64,000 bases of DNA from the human T2T-CHM13v2.0 reference genome, Homo sapiens, in assembly GCF_009914755.1 (NCBI RefSeq), contig NC_060927.1. One strand, 5' to 3'. Positions 1-12,969 of the stretch are shown piece by piece. Position numbers and translations under genes: made by a program. The notes under the pieces were generated by a model, which was given only the letters and a program-made list of their open reading frames with translations, did no database searches and was not told where the DNA came from. Every line of letters starts with the position of its first letter. The first letter of the stretch is position 1.

Positions 1-105
1 TAATATGCACTGTAGTTTTCTCCATGCCTTTCAGTGCCTTAATAGTTCATTTCTTTTTAACATTGAATAATATTCTATTGTCTGGATGTACCACAGTTTT
101 TATCC
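1..105 (-). mobile_element. Old L1M 3'-end fragment
   Basis: aatagttcatttctttttaa...gaataatattctattgtctggatgtaccacagttt is typical antisense L1M 3' sequence. Confidence 0.6.
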
Positions 106-134
106 TGTATTCCTGCAATAACTCCTGTCTGGTT

Positions 135-510
135 GTGACAGGTTGTATTTTTCAAAAATGGCTGCATCAATATCACTTATCTTTCATGATTTTTTTGCAA
201 CGTGGCATTTCCATATCCCAATCAGGAGGTAAAATCAATTTCTCTATCCATTTGAATGTGACTGCCTTGACCAATAAGATAAAGTAAATGTAACACTGTA
301 TCAGTTTCCCACCTTTTAAAGCCATGAGCCATGTAGGAAATATACTTCCAGTAACTACCATGCTGTGAGAAAATCAAGTGGAGAGATTCTCGAGAATGAA
401 ACCAGCCACGAGGAGAGAGGGGTCAGGAAGTACTCAACACCAGATAAATGAATGAGATATCTTGGAAGTGCATCCTGCAGCCCCAGCCACTCCAACCAAT
501 TTCCACAGAA
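135..510. mobile_element. MaLR LTR (MLT1-like) fragment
   Basis: Motifs caaaaatggctgc, gccatgagccatgtagg, accatgctgtgagaa and cagccccagcc resemble MLT1 LTRs. Confidence 0.5.
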
Positions 511-514
511 AGTA

Positions 515-1090
515 CAAAGTATAGAGCTACCATAGGATTCAACATTTCCACTTTTAAATAGCTACCCAAGAGAAGTGAAAATATATATCCATATAAAAAC
601 TTGTACATGAATGTTCATGGTGGCATTATTCATAGTAGTCAAAAAGTAGAAAAGACTCAAATGCTGACTACTGAAGAATACATAAACAACATTTGGTATA
701 TCTATACATATACAATGAAATATTATTCAGCAATAAAGAGGAATGAAATACTGATATATGGTTCAACATGTACTAAACTTGAAAACATTATGCTAAGTGA
801 AAGATATCAGTTACCAAAAAAAATATCGTATAAACTATTTCCATGAAATTTCCAGAATAGGCAGATCTACAGAGATAGAACATAGATCAATGGCTTCCTA
901 AGGCAAATTTTGCGTGTGTGTGTGTGTGTGTGTGTGTTTGTGTTTGTGTGTGTGTGTGAAAATGTTCTACAATTAGATTAAAATAATAGTTTCATAAATT
1001 GGTGAATATGCTAAAAACCATTGAAGCACTTGCTTTCAATGGGGAAACTATATGGTATGTAAGTTACATGTCAGTAAAGTTGGTTAAAAA
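515..1090 (+). mobile_element. Old L1M (MB/MC/ME-type) 3' end containing (TG)n at ~911-958
   Basis: Degenerate ORF2 C-terminus (MKYYSAIKRNE...LENIMLSER) followed by 3' UTR. Confidence 0.8.
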
Positions 1091-1099
1091 GAAAACATC

Positions 1100-1682
1100 G
1101 TAGTCAAATAATATCAACCCCTTCTTAAAACCCTTCCTTGCCTTTACATTCACCCAGACTAAATTTCACAGTGTTATCCTAGGCCTGTAACCCTAAGAAT
1201 AAATCCCTATGGGGTCACAACCTTATCTACCATACTGAATTTGCCTCCTTCAACTCTCCCCAAAGCCCACCATATTTTAGCCACGTTGACTTTTTTTTCA
1301 GGGCTTCAGATAGTCTAAATTTGTCCTCTTCTTATGGTATTCACATTATTCCTAAACCTATTCCTGGAAGACTCTTCCCTTAGGTCTCATGTTTGCATCC
1401 TCCTAGGTCTTCAGGTCTCTGCTCAAATATTAACTTTATAGGCCAGATTCACTCAGTCAAAATAGGCCCGAGTCACTTTTTTACACAATACCCTGTCTTG
1501 TCTTTATCTCACTTCTAACACTATAAAACATTATCAGATCTGTTTTATTTATTTACTTGCGATGTCTTTTTCCCCAGTAGAATCTGAGCTCCATGAGAGT
1601 TCAAATCTAATATTTTGATCATCACTTTGCAGCACCTGACTGAGTGCACAGAGTAGATGCTTGGTAAACATTTGTTCAATGA
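1100..1682 (+). mobile_element. L2 3' fragment
   Basis: Ends in an L2-like terminus: gcacagagtagatgcttggtaaacatttgttcaatga. Confidence 0.6.
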
Positions 1683-2669
1683 GGAGTTCTTTACACTTAA
1701 TTATCTTTTTACTTTTATCATCATGGAGCAAATAATAGATTTTCACAATAGTGTATGTCCCAAAGATATTTTTTGTAACCTTCACTCTCACCTTTCTCTG
1801 CTCACTGCTGAGGAATTCTCAGGCTGCCTGTAGACGAAATAGTGCTATCCAGAGATGGTGCTATATCCCGTTCTTACCTGCCTGCTTCACAAGCTGTCTC
1901 GCAGATCTCCCACTGCTACAGTAATTACAGAAATACTTTATAAACTATTTTGTAAGTATTTATGGTTTATATTTTTACAATGTATGGTATACAAAGGTGA
2001 ACAATGAACACATAGCTGAGAATCAGGAAAGATAACATCTTGCTTGGATTCTGCCCTCAAAGAGGTGAAGTCACTCAACTGAGTCTGTGAAATATTGAAC
2101 TTTCTTTAGATAGCTTCTGAAATTTCCTTCTGTTCCAACGTCAAATAAATTAGGCTACAGGAGCAATACCAATATGCCAACATTAAGAAGTCCTAGGTGT
2201 ATGCCTTGGGATTGTGTTTGATCTAATCTAAGTGCCTCCTCGGTTTGTTTGTGATGATTTTCTACTTTATTCGCCACACTCATGAGAAATTTCATGTGCT
2301 GAGCTGATTCACAACCTCGTGGCACTCCCTGGCCAGGCTAGTTTGGCTCAATCTTACAGGTGATGCTGGAGGCATTTTGTCATGTCACCTCCTCCATTCC
2401 ACTCCTGCTCTGAGGCTACCCGTCAGCATAAAAAGAAACAGCTCAGCACTGGCTCAACGGACCAAGCATGAGAGTCTGTAAGCTGCATGTGGTTGAGATG
2501 AGAATGTCTCTTCTTGATCATTCTGCAAGACCTTGTGCATTCCTCATACAGTGTTATGTTAGTTTGCAATTATTGGCTTACTTGTCTCCCTCTCTTAGAG
2601 AACTAGGACAATGATTTGCTTAATGTAATGACATTTTTATCACAGTATCTGGAATAAAATAAGTGATAA

Positions 2670-3170
2670 GATAATAGAAGATTTTATTGAGTGCTTATTA
2701 ATATCAGGTATCATACTAAATGTTTTCATCTTTACAATAACCCTGTGAAGTAATTTCTATTTGTCCTTCATATTACAGATGATAAAATAAAAACCCAGAG
2801 AGAAGATGTCATTCGCCTAATGTCACACATTTCACATGAGGCAAGCTGAGATTTCAATACAGAGAGTCTAACTGCAGGCCCATTAAGTACTATGTTATAG
2901 TGCATTCTAAGTGTAGAATGAATTAATAAAATAAATTTTTAGGATTCAGTGCTCCAAGGTGGTTAAATTAAATGTAATTCAGACAAGCTTTGACTTTCCA
3001 ACTTAATAGCTGTATGAATTTCAGTAAATTGTCTCACTTTTCTGTACCCCTTTATCTTTATTGCTAATATGTGGGAAAATGGTACATCCTCCTTTTAGGA
3101 CTAAATGAGATAACTTTTATAAAGCATCATGCTTACCAGAAGTGGTACGCAGAGAGTGATTGTATTTGTT
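2670..3170. mobile_element. Two MIR fragments in opposite orientation (~2670-2900 minus, ~2945-3170 plus)
   Basis: MIR core-like attacagatgataaaataaaacccagagag and acttaatagctgtatga...tcacttttctgtacc. Confidence 0.6.
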
Positions 3171-4607
3171 GAAAGAAGTATAATAAATAGCTGCATTGCT
3201 CTTTATAAGCTTAGTTATTCTATGTTAAAACACCAATGCTTCAGTTGCTTAAAACAAAAAGTTTATTTCTTACTCCATCATAGGACTCAGGCTGATGGAA
3301 TATCTACCAACTGGAATATTACAGGTCACCAAGAGAGAAAGAAGAGAAGATAAAACATTAAAGATCAACTTTTAAGTGTTTGCTCCCTGGAAAAGGCATA
3401 TATCGTTTCTATTCATGTATCTGACTATTAATGTCACATAGCCTTGTCTGTCATCAAGAGATTGGCTAAGTTTCAATCCTATCATGTTCTTGGAAGAAGA
3501 AAATTAGAATTATTAGTAAATTGTAATATTTATTACAGTAGTCAACATATATTTACTATTTTTTATTTTCGTCATGCCTATTATTTAAAAAAGATCCTAT
3601 ACAACTGAATTGTTAGAGATGTATACCCAATTCAGTTCAACGTAGAAATCAGTTCTGAACTCATTCTCATGTCCAAGACACTAGGCTTACCTAAATCAGA
3701 GAGTTCTGATGCTCAAGATGCTTATAATAAAACGACAGAGACTGTCATGTATAAATTTGATGTTGGGAATACAATGTAAGTTGAAAGGATGATTTCATAA
3801 ATAAATAACCTCGAGTCAAAAAAATGCAGTAATAAATTCTAACTGAAAAAAAAAAAGAAAGATCTACACACAAATGACATCCCAGGTAAAATATACTAGA
3901 TAACAGTGATGCGTTAGAGAAAGATGGGGGAGATGAGGAAGTCTCATCCAGAGGAAAGATAAAGGCAAAGGCCAAGTAGTGCTTCACAACCAGAATTGAG
4001 CCCAGGTTGAAGTGTGTAAACTTCGGAAAATGGGGCTAGCCCTCACTGAGGACTGTGCTTACCATGCTAAGGGGGTCAGTCTTTATTCTTTGGGAACTGG
4101 AGAACCAACTGAGTTTTAGATCAGAGACATGGGTGATTAGACTTTTATTTTAGAGAGAAGGATGTGTGATTGTAATTTTTTGCCTCCTGGAGGAAAGTGG
4201 AAAGAAAATTCTGGATATAGGAGTACCAAGAATAATTTCCTCCAAAAGTATGAGAAGATACATTGGAAATGGAAAAGAGAGGTATCAAAGACAGATATAA
4301 AAGACAGTGGAACCATCACACCCAATAAAATAGGAAGCACTAGAGTGTAATGGTCAAGAAAAGAACAACAAGTTGAATATGGCATTAGGATTCTTTTAGT
4401 ACAGAATAAATTACTGCTAGTAGCAATAATTGAGGACCACAAAAAGAAAGGTGTTGTAGCAAAGAAATAGGTTTGACTTGCAAAATATGAGATACAGGAG
4501 TTTGTAGGAGTTTCACGTGGTGCTGTTTAGTAATTAGACAGAGGTCCTAGCACACACTATAAAGACCAGAAGCACAGAAAGAACAGAAGAGCCAAGGAGA
4601 GAGGACG

Positions 4608-4632
4608 TGTGTGTGTGTGTGTGTGTGTGTGT
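4608..4632. repeat. (GT)n microsatellite
   Basis: Pure GT run seen directly. Confidence 0.95.
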
Positions 4633-4829
4633 AGAAGTGTATGGCAAATTGTGTAAAATGCTGGGCAACGTGGCAATTTAAGAAATCATTGGCAAATTTT
4701 TAGTTTATCCTTAGATGAATAGTGAGGGCAGAAGCCAGCACGCAGTGAAAAGACTAGAGGAGTAAATTGGAGATGATGAAGTGGATTATGAATTCAAGAA
4801 ATTTGGCAGAAAGAGAAGAGTTATCACAT

Positions 4830-5400
4830 TACCCCACTGCTCTAAGCCCTCCAGTCATTTCCAATCTTACTCCACATGAAATATGAAGTTTTTATCATGG
4901 ACTACAAACCTCAACATCATCTGGAAGTTTCTGAACTCATATCCTGCACTCCCCTCAAGATCCCCTACAGCTAATACTGCTGTAGCCACATGGGAATCCT
5001 GGCTGTTTCTTGAACAAAATGCAGGACTTCCCCTTGTCTCAGGCTTTTTCATTTGGAATTCTGTTAATTCCCCCAGTTATTCACATGCACTCCGTTGGTT
5101 CTTTCTGATAAACATCATCTTAACAAATGGACTATACGTGCTCACATGATTTAAAAATAACCTGATCCTTTTTATCACTAATTATCCTTCCTTGCTCTTC
5201 CTTTTTTAATACTTATTACAACTTGACATATTAAAAATGCATGTTTTTGTATCCTTCCCTGTCCTCTACCACCCCCAGAATGTAAGCTATAGTAGAGCAG
5301 GAATTTCCTTTCTTTTGACCAATGCTATATTTCTAGGACCTAGAATAGTGTCTAGCAGATACTAGTTTTTCAATAATTAATTGTTAAATGCATGAAGAAT
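4830..5400 (+). mobile_element. L2 fragment
   Basis: gaatgtaagctat...cctagaatagtgtctagcagatactagtttttcaataattaattgttaaatgcatga resembles the L2 3' end. Confidence 0.6.
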
Positions 5401-8400
5401 GATATGGAGCTGTACTTAAAAGAATTCATAACATAAAGAATTTTCTTCGTTGAAGTGAATCTTAAGACTATCTCTGGGGAGAAAGGACAAATATGGAGGA
5501 GCAGATTGGTGACTCCTTGAAAGGAGATTGGTTGTAAATAGGCTATGGAGCAATGTTCTGAAAGGAGAAGAGTATTGAATCATTTCAACAGGTCAGGGAT
5601 AAATCTCAGAAAAAAGTAGAATACTTCCTTCTGAATCTAAAGAAAGGAATAAATGCATTGAAATAAAAATAACATCGAGGAATGAATTTGAAACCATTTA
5701 TTCTTAAACTGAGAAATAGAATTCAAGAATTCTGAGACAGACCAGCAGAAAAAGTAAGGGAGAAGCTTGAGAAGGTCCAGGAATGGGGACTTTAGACATA
5801 TTTCCTAGGGTGGAAAGAGACGGCTTCTACATTTCCTGAAAGTGAGCCGAGGGCAGAGTTCTCCCCATCTTCATCTAGTTTTGCAAATTGTTGCTAATGT
5901 AATACTCTTTCCAGAACAAAGCCACCTGTACCATTTAGAATGAATACTTTATTCTACTAAAATCTTCAGGTTTAGTCTAATTTTCTGAGATAAATAGGCT
6001 AATATGTGATGTCCTATACTGAAATTAATACACACACGTACACATACAAACACACATATATATACACACATATCTTGATTCTTGCATATATATGTACATA
6101 CATATATGTTTATATTTGTGTAAATGTACATAAGTATTTAAATATACATGTGTATATGTATATAGATCTTTAATATAGCCAATGAATTTCCTGCTTTTTA
6201 TGTTTTCTTAGAATTGTCTAGTGAACTTTCAAGTATCTAGTATCTTTCTCTCTTGAAACTGTATTTTCCACTTCATTCCTGACAGAAGCCATCATCATCT
6301 GTTCAGAATGGTAACTGTTATTTAACCTTTAATGGGAAAAACTACAAAATATTTATCCTCCTCTGATAATCCAGCTGCTTGAATAGATGTTGGCATTTCT
6401 TTTTACTGTTCTGGCATCAGAAAGCCAGTGATAACAACACTTTTTTTGTATCTATAAAGAAATCCATGCATATTGAAAGGGAGAACATAGAGCAAAGAAC
6501 ATGAAAACTACCTGTGATTTTACAACCCAGTGTAATCGCTTGGTAATTTTAAAAGTGTTTTTTTAACCTATTTCTCTCCATATATTTATAAGTATTCCAA
6601 CTAATACTATGTTTAATTCTACAGTTTGATTTTTTTTCACATTTTCTATCATTAGCAATTTGGCAACTAATTGAATGCTCTTTAGAACATTATAAATTTC
6701 TAATAGCTATATAATACTCTGTCATATGGTATTTATTTAACCATTGTTCTATTTGGAATTTCTTCAATTTTTATTTTCCATTATTAACACTACCACAAAA
6801 AAATTCTACATAAATTCTTTATTTCAGGTCATGTATCTTAAAATTCTTTAAAATGTTATTGTTTCTGTGAAGAATTATAATTATAGCTGCTGCTAGAGTT
6901 TCATTTTTAAACCAATATTTCAGACACAACATGAAATACTAATACATAATTCTGAATTTATATTTTCGTAATTATAATGTCTGAGAGGTTTCCATTTTGG
7001 GTTGTTACATTATCTTACCTAAGTATTCACAGTTGTGAATTTTCATGAATTTGTGCTCTAAAGCTGTTTGTATTGTGCATTTGTTAAGCTTACTTAAATT
7101 AAAAAATGTTGTGCCATATGCCTTCTTGGATATACTATATTAGAATTGGCACTAAATTTAGTATTTGTATCAAACTTTTTATGATCACCATGAGAAACTA
7201 CATTATTTTAATTTTGTTGAAAATAGCAAATGACATTGTCATCAAGATCAATATTTGGATACTGGGAGTTACCTTAAAAATTGTTTTATTTAAACCTCAG
7301 TGGATTTTTTGCATCAAAATATTCCCTGGTAGTATTAAAGCAGACATTATAAAGTCTTTAAGAATATGCTTCATAAAAAATAGTTATGTGAAGGATTTCT
7401 TCCTCCCTGGGCAGAAATATCCTTCCTCGTTGCATTTCAAGAGCTCTTTCTTTTTGTTGTTATTGTTCCAGGAACATAAGTGCTCCTGAGTGAATGGGTA
7501 ATGTTAGTTGAGAGAAGGGCATAGAAGAGGATAAATCTCAGTGTTTCTATTTGGAATTCATCGATGACATCTGCTGATGTTCAAGGCAGACCAAGTTGCT
7601 TAAAATGCAAACTTTTTGCTGTTCCCACCACAATCAATATTGCACATCTTTCATACTTTAAAAGCATATTTTACTGTAAATCTTCAAACATTCCTTAGGT
7701 GATAAATGGCAGGCTTTTAGAGATCAGGTCATTTCAACTAAGATGGCAACTATATTTCTAAGATTCCGTTCTCTTTAAGATAAAATGGACTTTCTCTCTG
7801 ATATAATAACAAGAAAAGAAAGGAAGACTTACCACCATTCTTACCCCTTTTGCTGCAAAATCATAGAATGACATACAGACAGTGTTTAGTTTCATTTGTT
7901 TGTTTGTTTCCTATTGGGATTTAAAATGTTCTTCTTCGAAAATTGCAGTGTGAAGAAAAGAAAGCTTTTTTAAAAAATATGGTACTTTCTCTTGGATCTT
8001 TTATGTTTTAGCTGAAGGCCATTGTAGAAAGCTTACTAAATCCCATATTTTTCTCTGGGGAAACACTCTGTATCCAGCCAAAATCTCCAACAGGCAAATT
8101 TATATATATATAAATTACAGTGATATAATTTTTTTAAAAAAGATCATCTTTGGAAAGGGGACATAGAATTTCTATTCCTGTCACATCAGAACTGAGCTGC
8201 TGTTCACCAAGTAACAAATTTTATTTTTGCAGATTTGGGGTTGAAAAAGTGAGGGAAATAAATAAAGTAGCTTGAGTAATGATTCAAGAAAACTGTAATC
8301 TAACACTTTTAAAAATTGGTTTGTACTGAGTGGAGCTCAAAAATTAGTGGGAATGTCAAATGTTCTAACCATCCTCAGCTTTGTAAAAATAGAGACTTGA

Positions 8401-8639
8401 ATTAGCTATAGGAGTCATTTATTTTTCATTTGTTCATTTTATTTCTTCTAAAGATATGATATCTAATTACAGGAGATATATATAAAGATGAAAGACACTG
8501 TGTTTTCTGGGATCTCATATGACTGCTTTTCTTGAAGTGGATGTTATTTTTGGCTTTAAGTTGAAGGAAGAGGATGATAATAGAGGGTATATCATGGTAG
8601 CCAACACCTTGACTATTGGTATCAAATGATTTTTTTAAT

Positions 8640-9250
8640 CTATTAACAATAGCCAAGATATGGAAGCGACTTAAGGGTCCATCAACAGATGAATGGGTAA
8701 ATAAAATGTGATATCTATACAATAAAATATTACTGAGTCATAAAAAATAATGAAATTCTGTAATTTACAATAACATGGGTAGAACTAGAGGCTATTATGT
8801 TAAGTGAAATAAGCCAGGCACAGAAAGACAAATATCGCATGTTCTCACTCATACATGATAGCTTAAAAAATTGATCTCATGGAGGTAGCGAGTAGAATGA
8901 TGATTACCAGAAGCTCAGTAGAGCAGTGAGGACGGGGTATATAAAGGGTTGGTTAATGAGCACAAACACAGTTTGATAAAAGAAATAAGACCTAGTGTTT
9001 GATAGATAATAGGGTGACTATGGTTTACAATAATCTGTTGTATATTTCAAAATGACTACAGGGTCAGATTTGGAATGTTCCCAACACAAAGAAATAATAC
9101 ATTTTTAAGGTAGAATATCTCAATTACCCTGACTTTTTTATTACACACGGTATTTTTTAGCGAAATAACACATGCATCCCATAAATATGTACAACTATTA
9201 TATAACCATCAAAAATCAAAAATTTAAAATTTAAAAGTTTAAAATTAAAA
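8640..9250 (+). mobile_element. L1MA-type 3' end
   Basis: aacaatagccaagatatggaa...gacaaatatcgcatgttctcactcat...agggtgactatggtttacaataat, followed by an A-rich tail. Confidence 0.85.
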
Positions 9251-9284
9251 TAAGATGATTTTGAGATGACGCCAAAACAACAAA

Positions 9285-11075
9285 TAGAGAAAATATAGTC
9301 TTTTCAACAAATGATATTAGGACAACTGGTTATCCATATGCAAAAGAATTAAGTTGGGTCTCCTCCTTATACCATAACCCCCGCCTAAAATAATAACAGA
9401 TCCACATGTATAGCCAAAACTATAAAAGTCTTAGAAGCCCATGATTTCTCAAAAATAAGTAATGGAAGTGGAAGTACACATTGAGGGCTATGCTACGATG
9501 GCTGCAATAAAAAAGACAAACAATAATAAATCCTGGGGAGGATGTAGAGAAACTCAAACTCTCATCAATTGTTGATAAAATATGTAAAATGATGTAGCAT
9601 CTTTGGAAAATGTTTTTCAGTTCCTCAAAAAGTTAATCATTGGGTTATGATACGGCCCAGCAACTTCACTTCTAAGTACATATCCAAAGGGAATGAAAAT
9701 ATAAATCTGCAGAAAAACTTGTACATAAATGTTTCTAGCAGCATCATTCCTAATAGCCAAAAAGTGGAACCAACCCCAGTGTTTATGCCAGCAGAAGAAT
9801 TGATAAATAAAATGCAATATATACTAGAACAGAATATTATTAGTCAATAAAAAGAAATGAAATAATAATGTATGCTACACCAAAGATGACAACAAAAGAA
9901 AGACTTTTCAACAAGTAGTGCTAAAACAACTGAATATCCATATTGGGAAAAAAGTGAACATTTTACTTCACACCATACGTAAAAATTAGCTTTAATCAGA
10001 TATTCAAACAGAAAAAACTAGAATTTCAAAAACCCAGGAAAAAAAAAAGAACACTTTGACACTTTAAAACAAAGATTGCTTAGATAGGACACAAAAGCAC
10101 AATACATGCAAAAATATGTAAACTGGACTTTATCAAAATGAAAAACTTATGTCTTAAAACACAACATTAGAACAATAAAGAGGTAAACCAAAGGATGAAA
10201 GAAAATGTTCCTAATATATTTATCTTACAAAAAATTATATTCAGAAAATATAATTAATCTTTCTGATGCAATAATATGCAGACAACCAATTCAAAAATAA
10301 AGTGAAAGCTTTGAGAGGCTATCACAAAGAAAGCTATACAAATGATGAACAGCACATGAAAAATTGTACGACACTATTAATAATAAGGTAAAATGCAAAT
10401 GAAAACCAAAATGAGACACCACTATTCACCAATAGAATGGCTAAAATTAAAAGGTCAAATATAGACAAGAGTACAAGAGTTGGAACAACTGGCTTTTGCA
10501 TACTACACTGCTATTACAAAATCAAAATTAAAAAATATATATTTAAAGCATTAATACAATTAGTGTATAATCTAGCCATTTCATTTCTTGGTATTTACCC
10601 AATAAGAATGAAAATAAATATTTACAAAAATGCTTGTATGTGAATTTCTGTAGCACTTTTATTCACAAAACGCAAAAACTAGAAAAAATGTGAAATATCA
10701 TCCAGAGGTGAAAAATATGCTATATTTCTACAATGGAACATTTCTCAGCAATACAAAGAAATGAACTCCTGATATGTACCAACAACATGAATGAATCTGA
10801 AATTCGTGTTTCTGCATGCAAAAATACACAATAATATATACTATAAGATTTTGTTCAATTAAAAGTCTGGAAAAACCAAGCTAATGGATAGTAACAGTGG
10901 TTGCCTGGGATTGTAAACAGACATAAGAAAACTTCCCGTCACAATGGAAACTTTCTGCATCCTGATTGTAGTGGGGGTTTCATGAGTGTACATATCTATC
11001 AAAATTCAAGTCACTTACAGTTTAAATGGATGCAATTGTGTGAAAATTATAAGTAAATGAAGGCTAATTTTAAAA
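9285..11075 (+). mobile_element. Mosaic of older L1M ORF2/3'-end fragments
   Basis: A-rich L1 ORF2-like sequence. The same ORF2 position (ttttcaacaa...acaactg...tatccata) occurs at ~9301 and ~9905, implying at least two elements. Confidence 0.75.
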
Positions 11076-11458
11076 TGGAAATAAATAAATTGTCAAAGTA
11101 TAGTATGTCCACAGGACTAAATGTTCATATAACCGTAAAAATGATTTTAAAATGTTGGTAATATATATTTAAATGTGATAAAATGAATAGCTAATGGATG
11201 TTAGTTTGTCTAGGTGGACCAAAACTGTAAATCTATACATGCAAAACAACAAACAAAAAGAAAATACATCTCTTTCAGGAAGTTTTTTCTAATTTTGGAA
11301 AATCCTAAACATTGCATATATAGAAGAAATGTGTATTTTGTTCTAAAACTATTTTTTTAAATAGCAAAAACTTTATTGAATACCCATACTATACATTAAG
11401 AATACAATCATTAGAAACAATATTTTAGGAGCCAAAAATGATATATACATCAATGTAA

Positions 11459-11639
<181 letters not shown>

Positions 11640-12969
11640 TTTTAAATTATACTTTAAGTTCTAGGGTACATGTGCACAACGTGAAGGTTTGTTACATACG
11701 TATACATGTGCCATGTTGGTGTGCTGCACCCATTAACTCGTCATTTACATTAGGTATATCTCCTAATGCTATCCCTCCCCCCTCCCCGCACCCCACAACA
11801 GGCCCTGGTGTGTGGTGTTCCCCTTCCTGTGTCCATGTGTTCTCATTGTTCAATTCCCACCTATGAGTGAGAACATGCGATGTTTGATTTTTTGTCCTTG
11901 CGATAGTTTGCTGAGAATGATGGTTTCCAGCTTCATCCATGTCCCTACAAAGGACATGAACTCATCATTTTTTACGGCTGCATAGTATTCCATGGTGTAT
12001 ATGTGCCACATTTTCTTAATCCAGTCTATCATTGATAGACATTTGGGTTGGTCCCAAGTCTTTGCTATTGTGAATAGTGCCGCAATAAACATACATGTGC
12101 ATGTGTCTTTATAGCAGCATGATTTATAATTCTTTGGGTATATACCCAGTAATGGGATGGCTGGGTCAAATGGTATTTCTAGTTCTAGGTCCTTGAGGAA
12201 TCACCACACTGACTTCTACAATGGTTGAACTAGTTTACAGTCCCACCAACAGTGTAAAAGTGTTCCTATTTTTCCACATCCTCTCCAGCACCTGTTTCCT
12301 GACTTTTTAATGATTGCCATTCTAACTGGTGTGAGATGGTATCTCATTGTGGTTTTGATTTGCATTTCTCTGATGGCCAGTGATGATGAGCATTTTTTAA
12401 TGTGTCTGTTGGCTGCATAAATGTCTTCTTTTGAGAAGTGTCTGTTCATATCATTTGCCCACTTTTTGATGGGGTTGTTGGTTTTTTTTCTTGTAAATTT
12501 GTTTGAGTTCTTTGTAGATTCTGGATATTAGCCCTTTGTCAGATGAGTAGATTGCACAAATTTTCTCCCATTCTGTAGGTTGCCTGTTCACTCTGTGTTA
12601 GTATCTTTTGCTGTGCAGAAGCTCTTTAGTTTCATTAGATCCCATTTGTCAATTTTGGCTTTTGTTGGCATTGCTTTTGGTGTTTTAGACATGAAGTCCT
12701 TGCCCATGCCTCTGTCCTGAATGGTATTGCCTAGGTTTTCTTCTAGAGTTTTTATGGTTTTAGGTCTAACATTTAAGTCTTTAATCCATCTTGAATTAAT
12801 TTTTGTATAAGGTGTAAGGATGGGATCCAGTTTCAGCTTTCTACATATGGCTAGCCAGTTTTCCCAGCACCTTTTATTAAACAGGGAATCCTTTCCCCAT
12901 TTCTTGTTTTTGTGAGGTTTGTCAAAGATTGGATAGTTGTAGATGTGTGGTATTATTTCTGACGGCTCT
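11640..12969 (-). mobile_element. 5'-truncated L1PA (about PA3-PA5), 1.3 kb of 3' end
   Basis: Typical L1PA 3' UTR (ctagggtacatgtgcacaac..., taactcgtcatttacattagg) and ORF2 C-terminal peptides in the ORF track (11850-12092, 12216-12449). Confidence 0.96.
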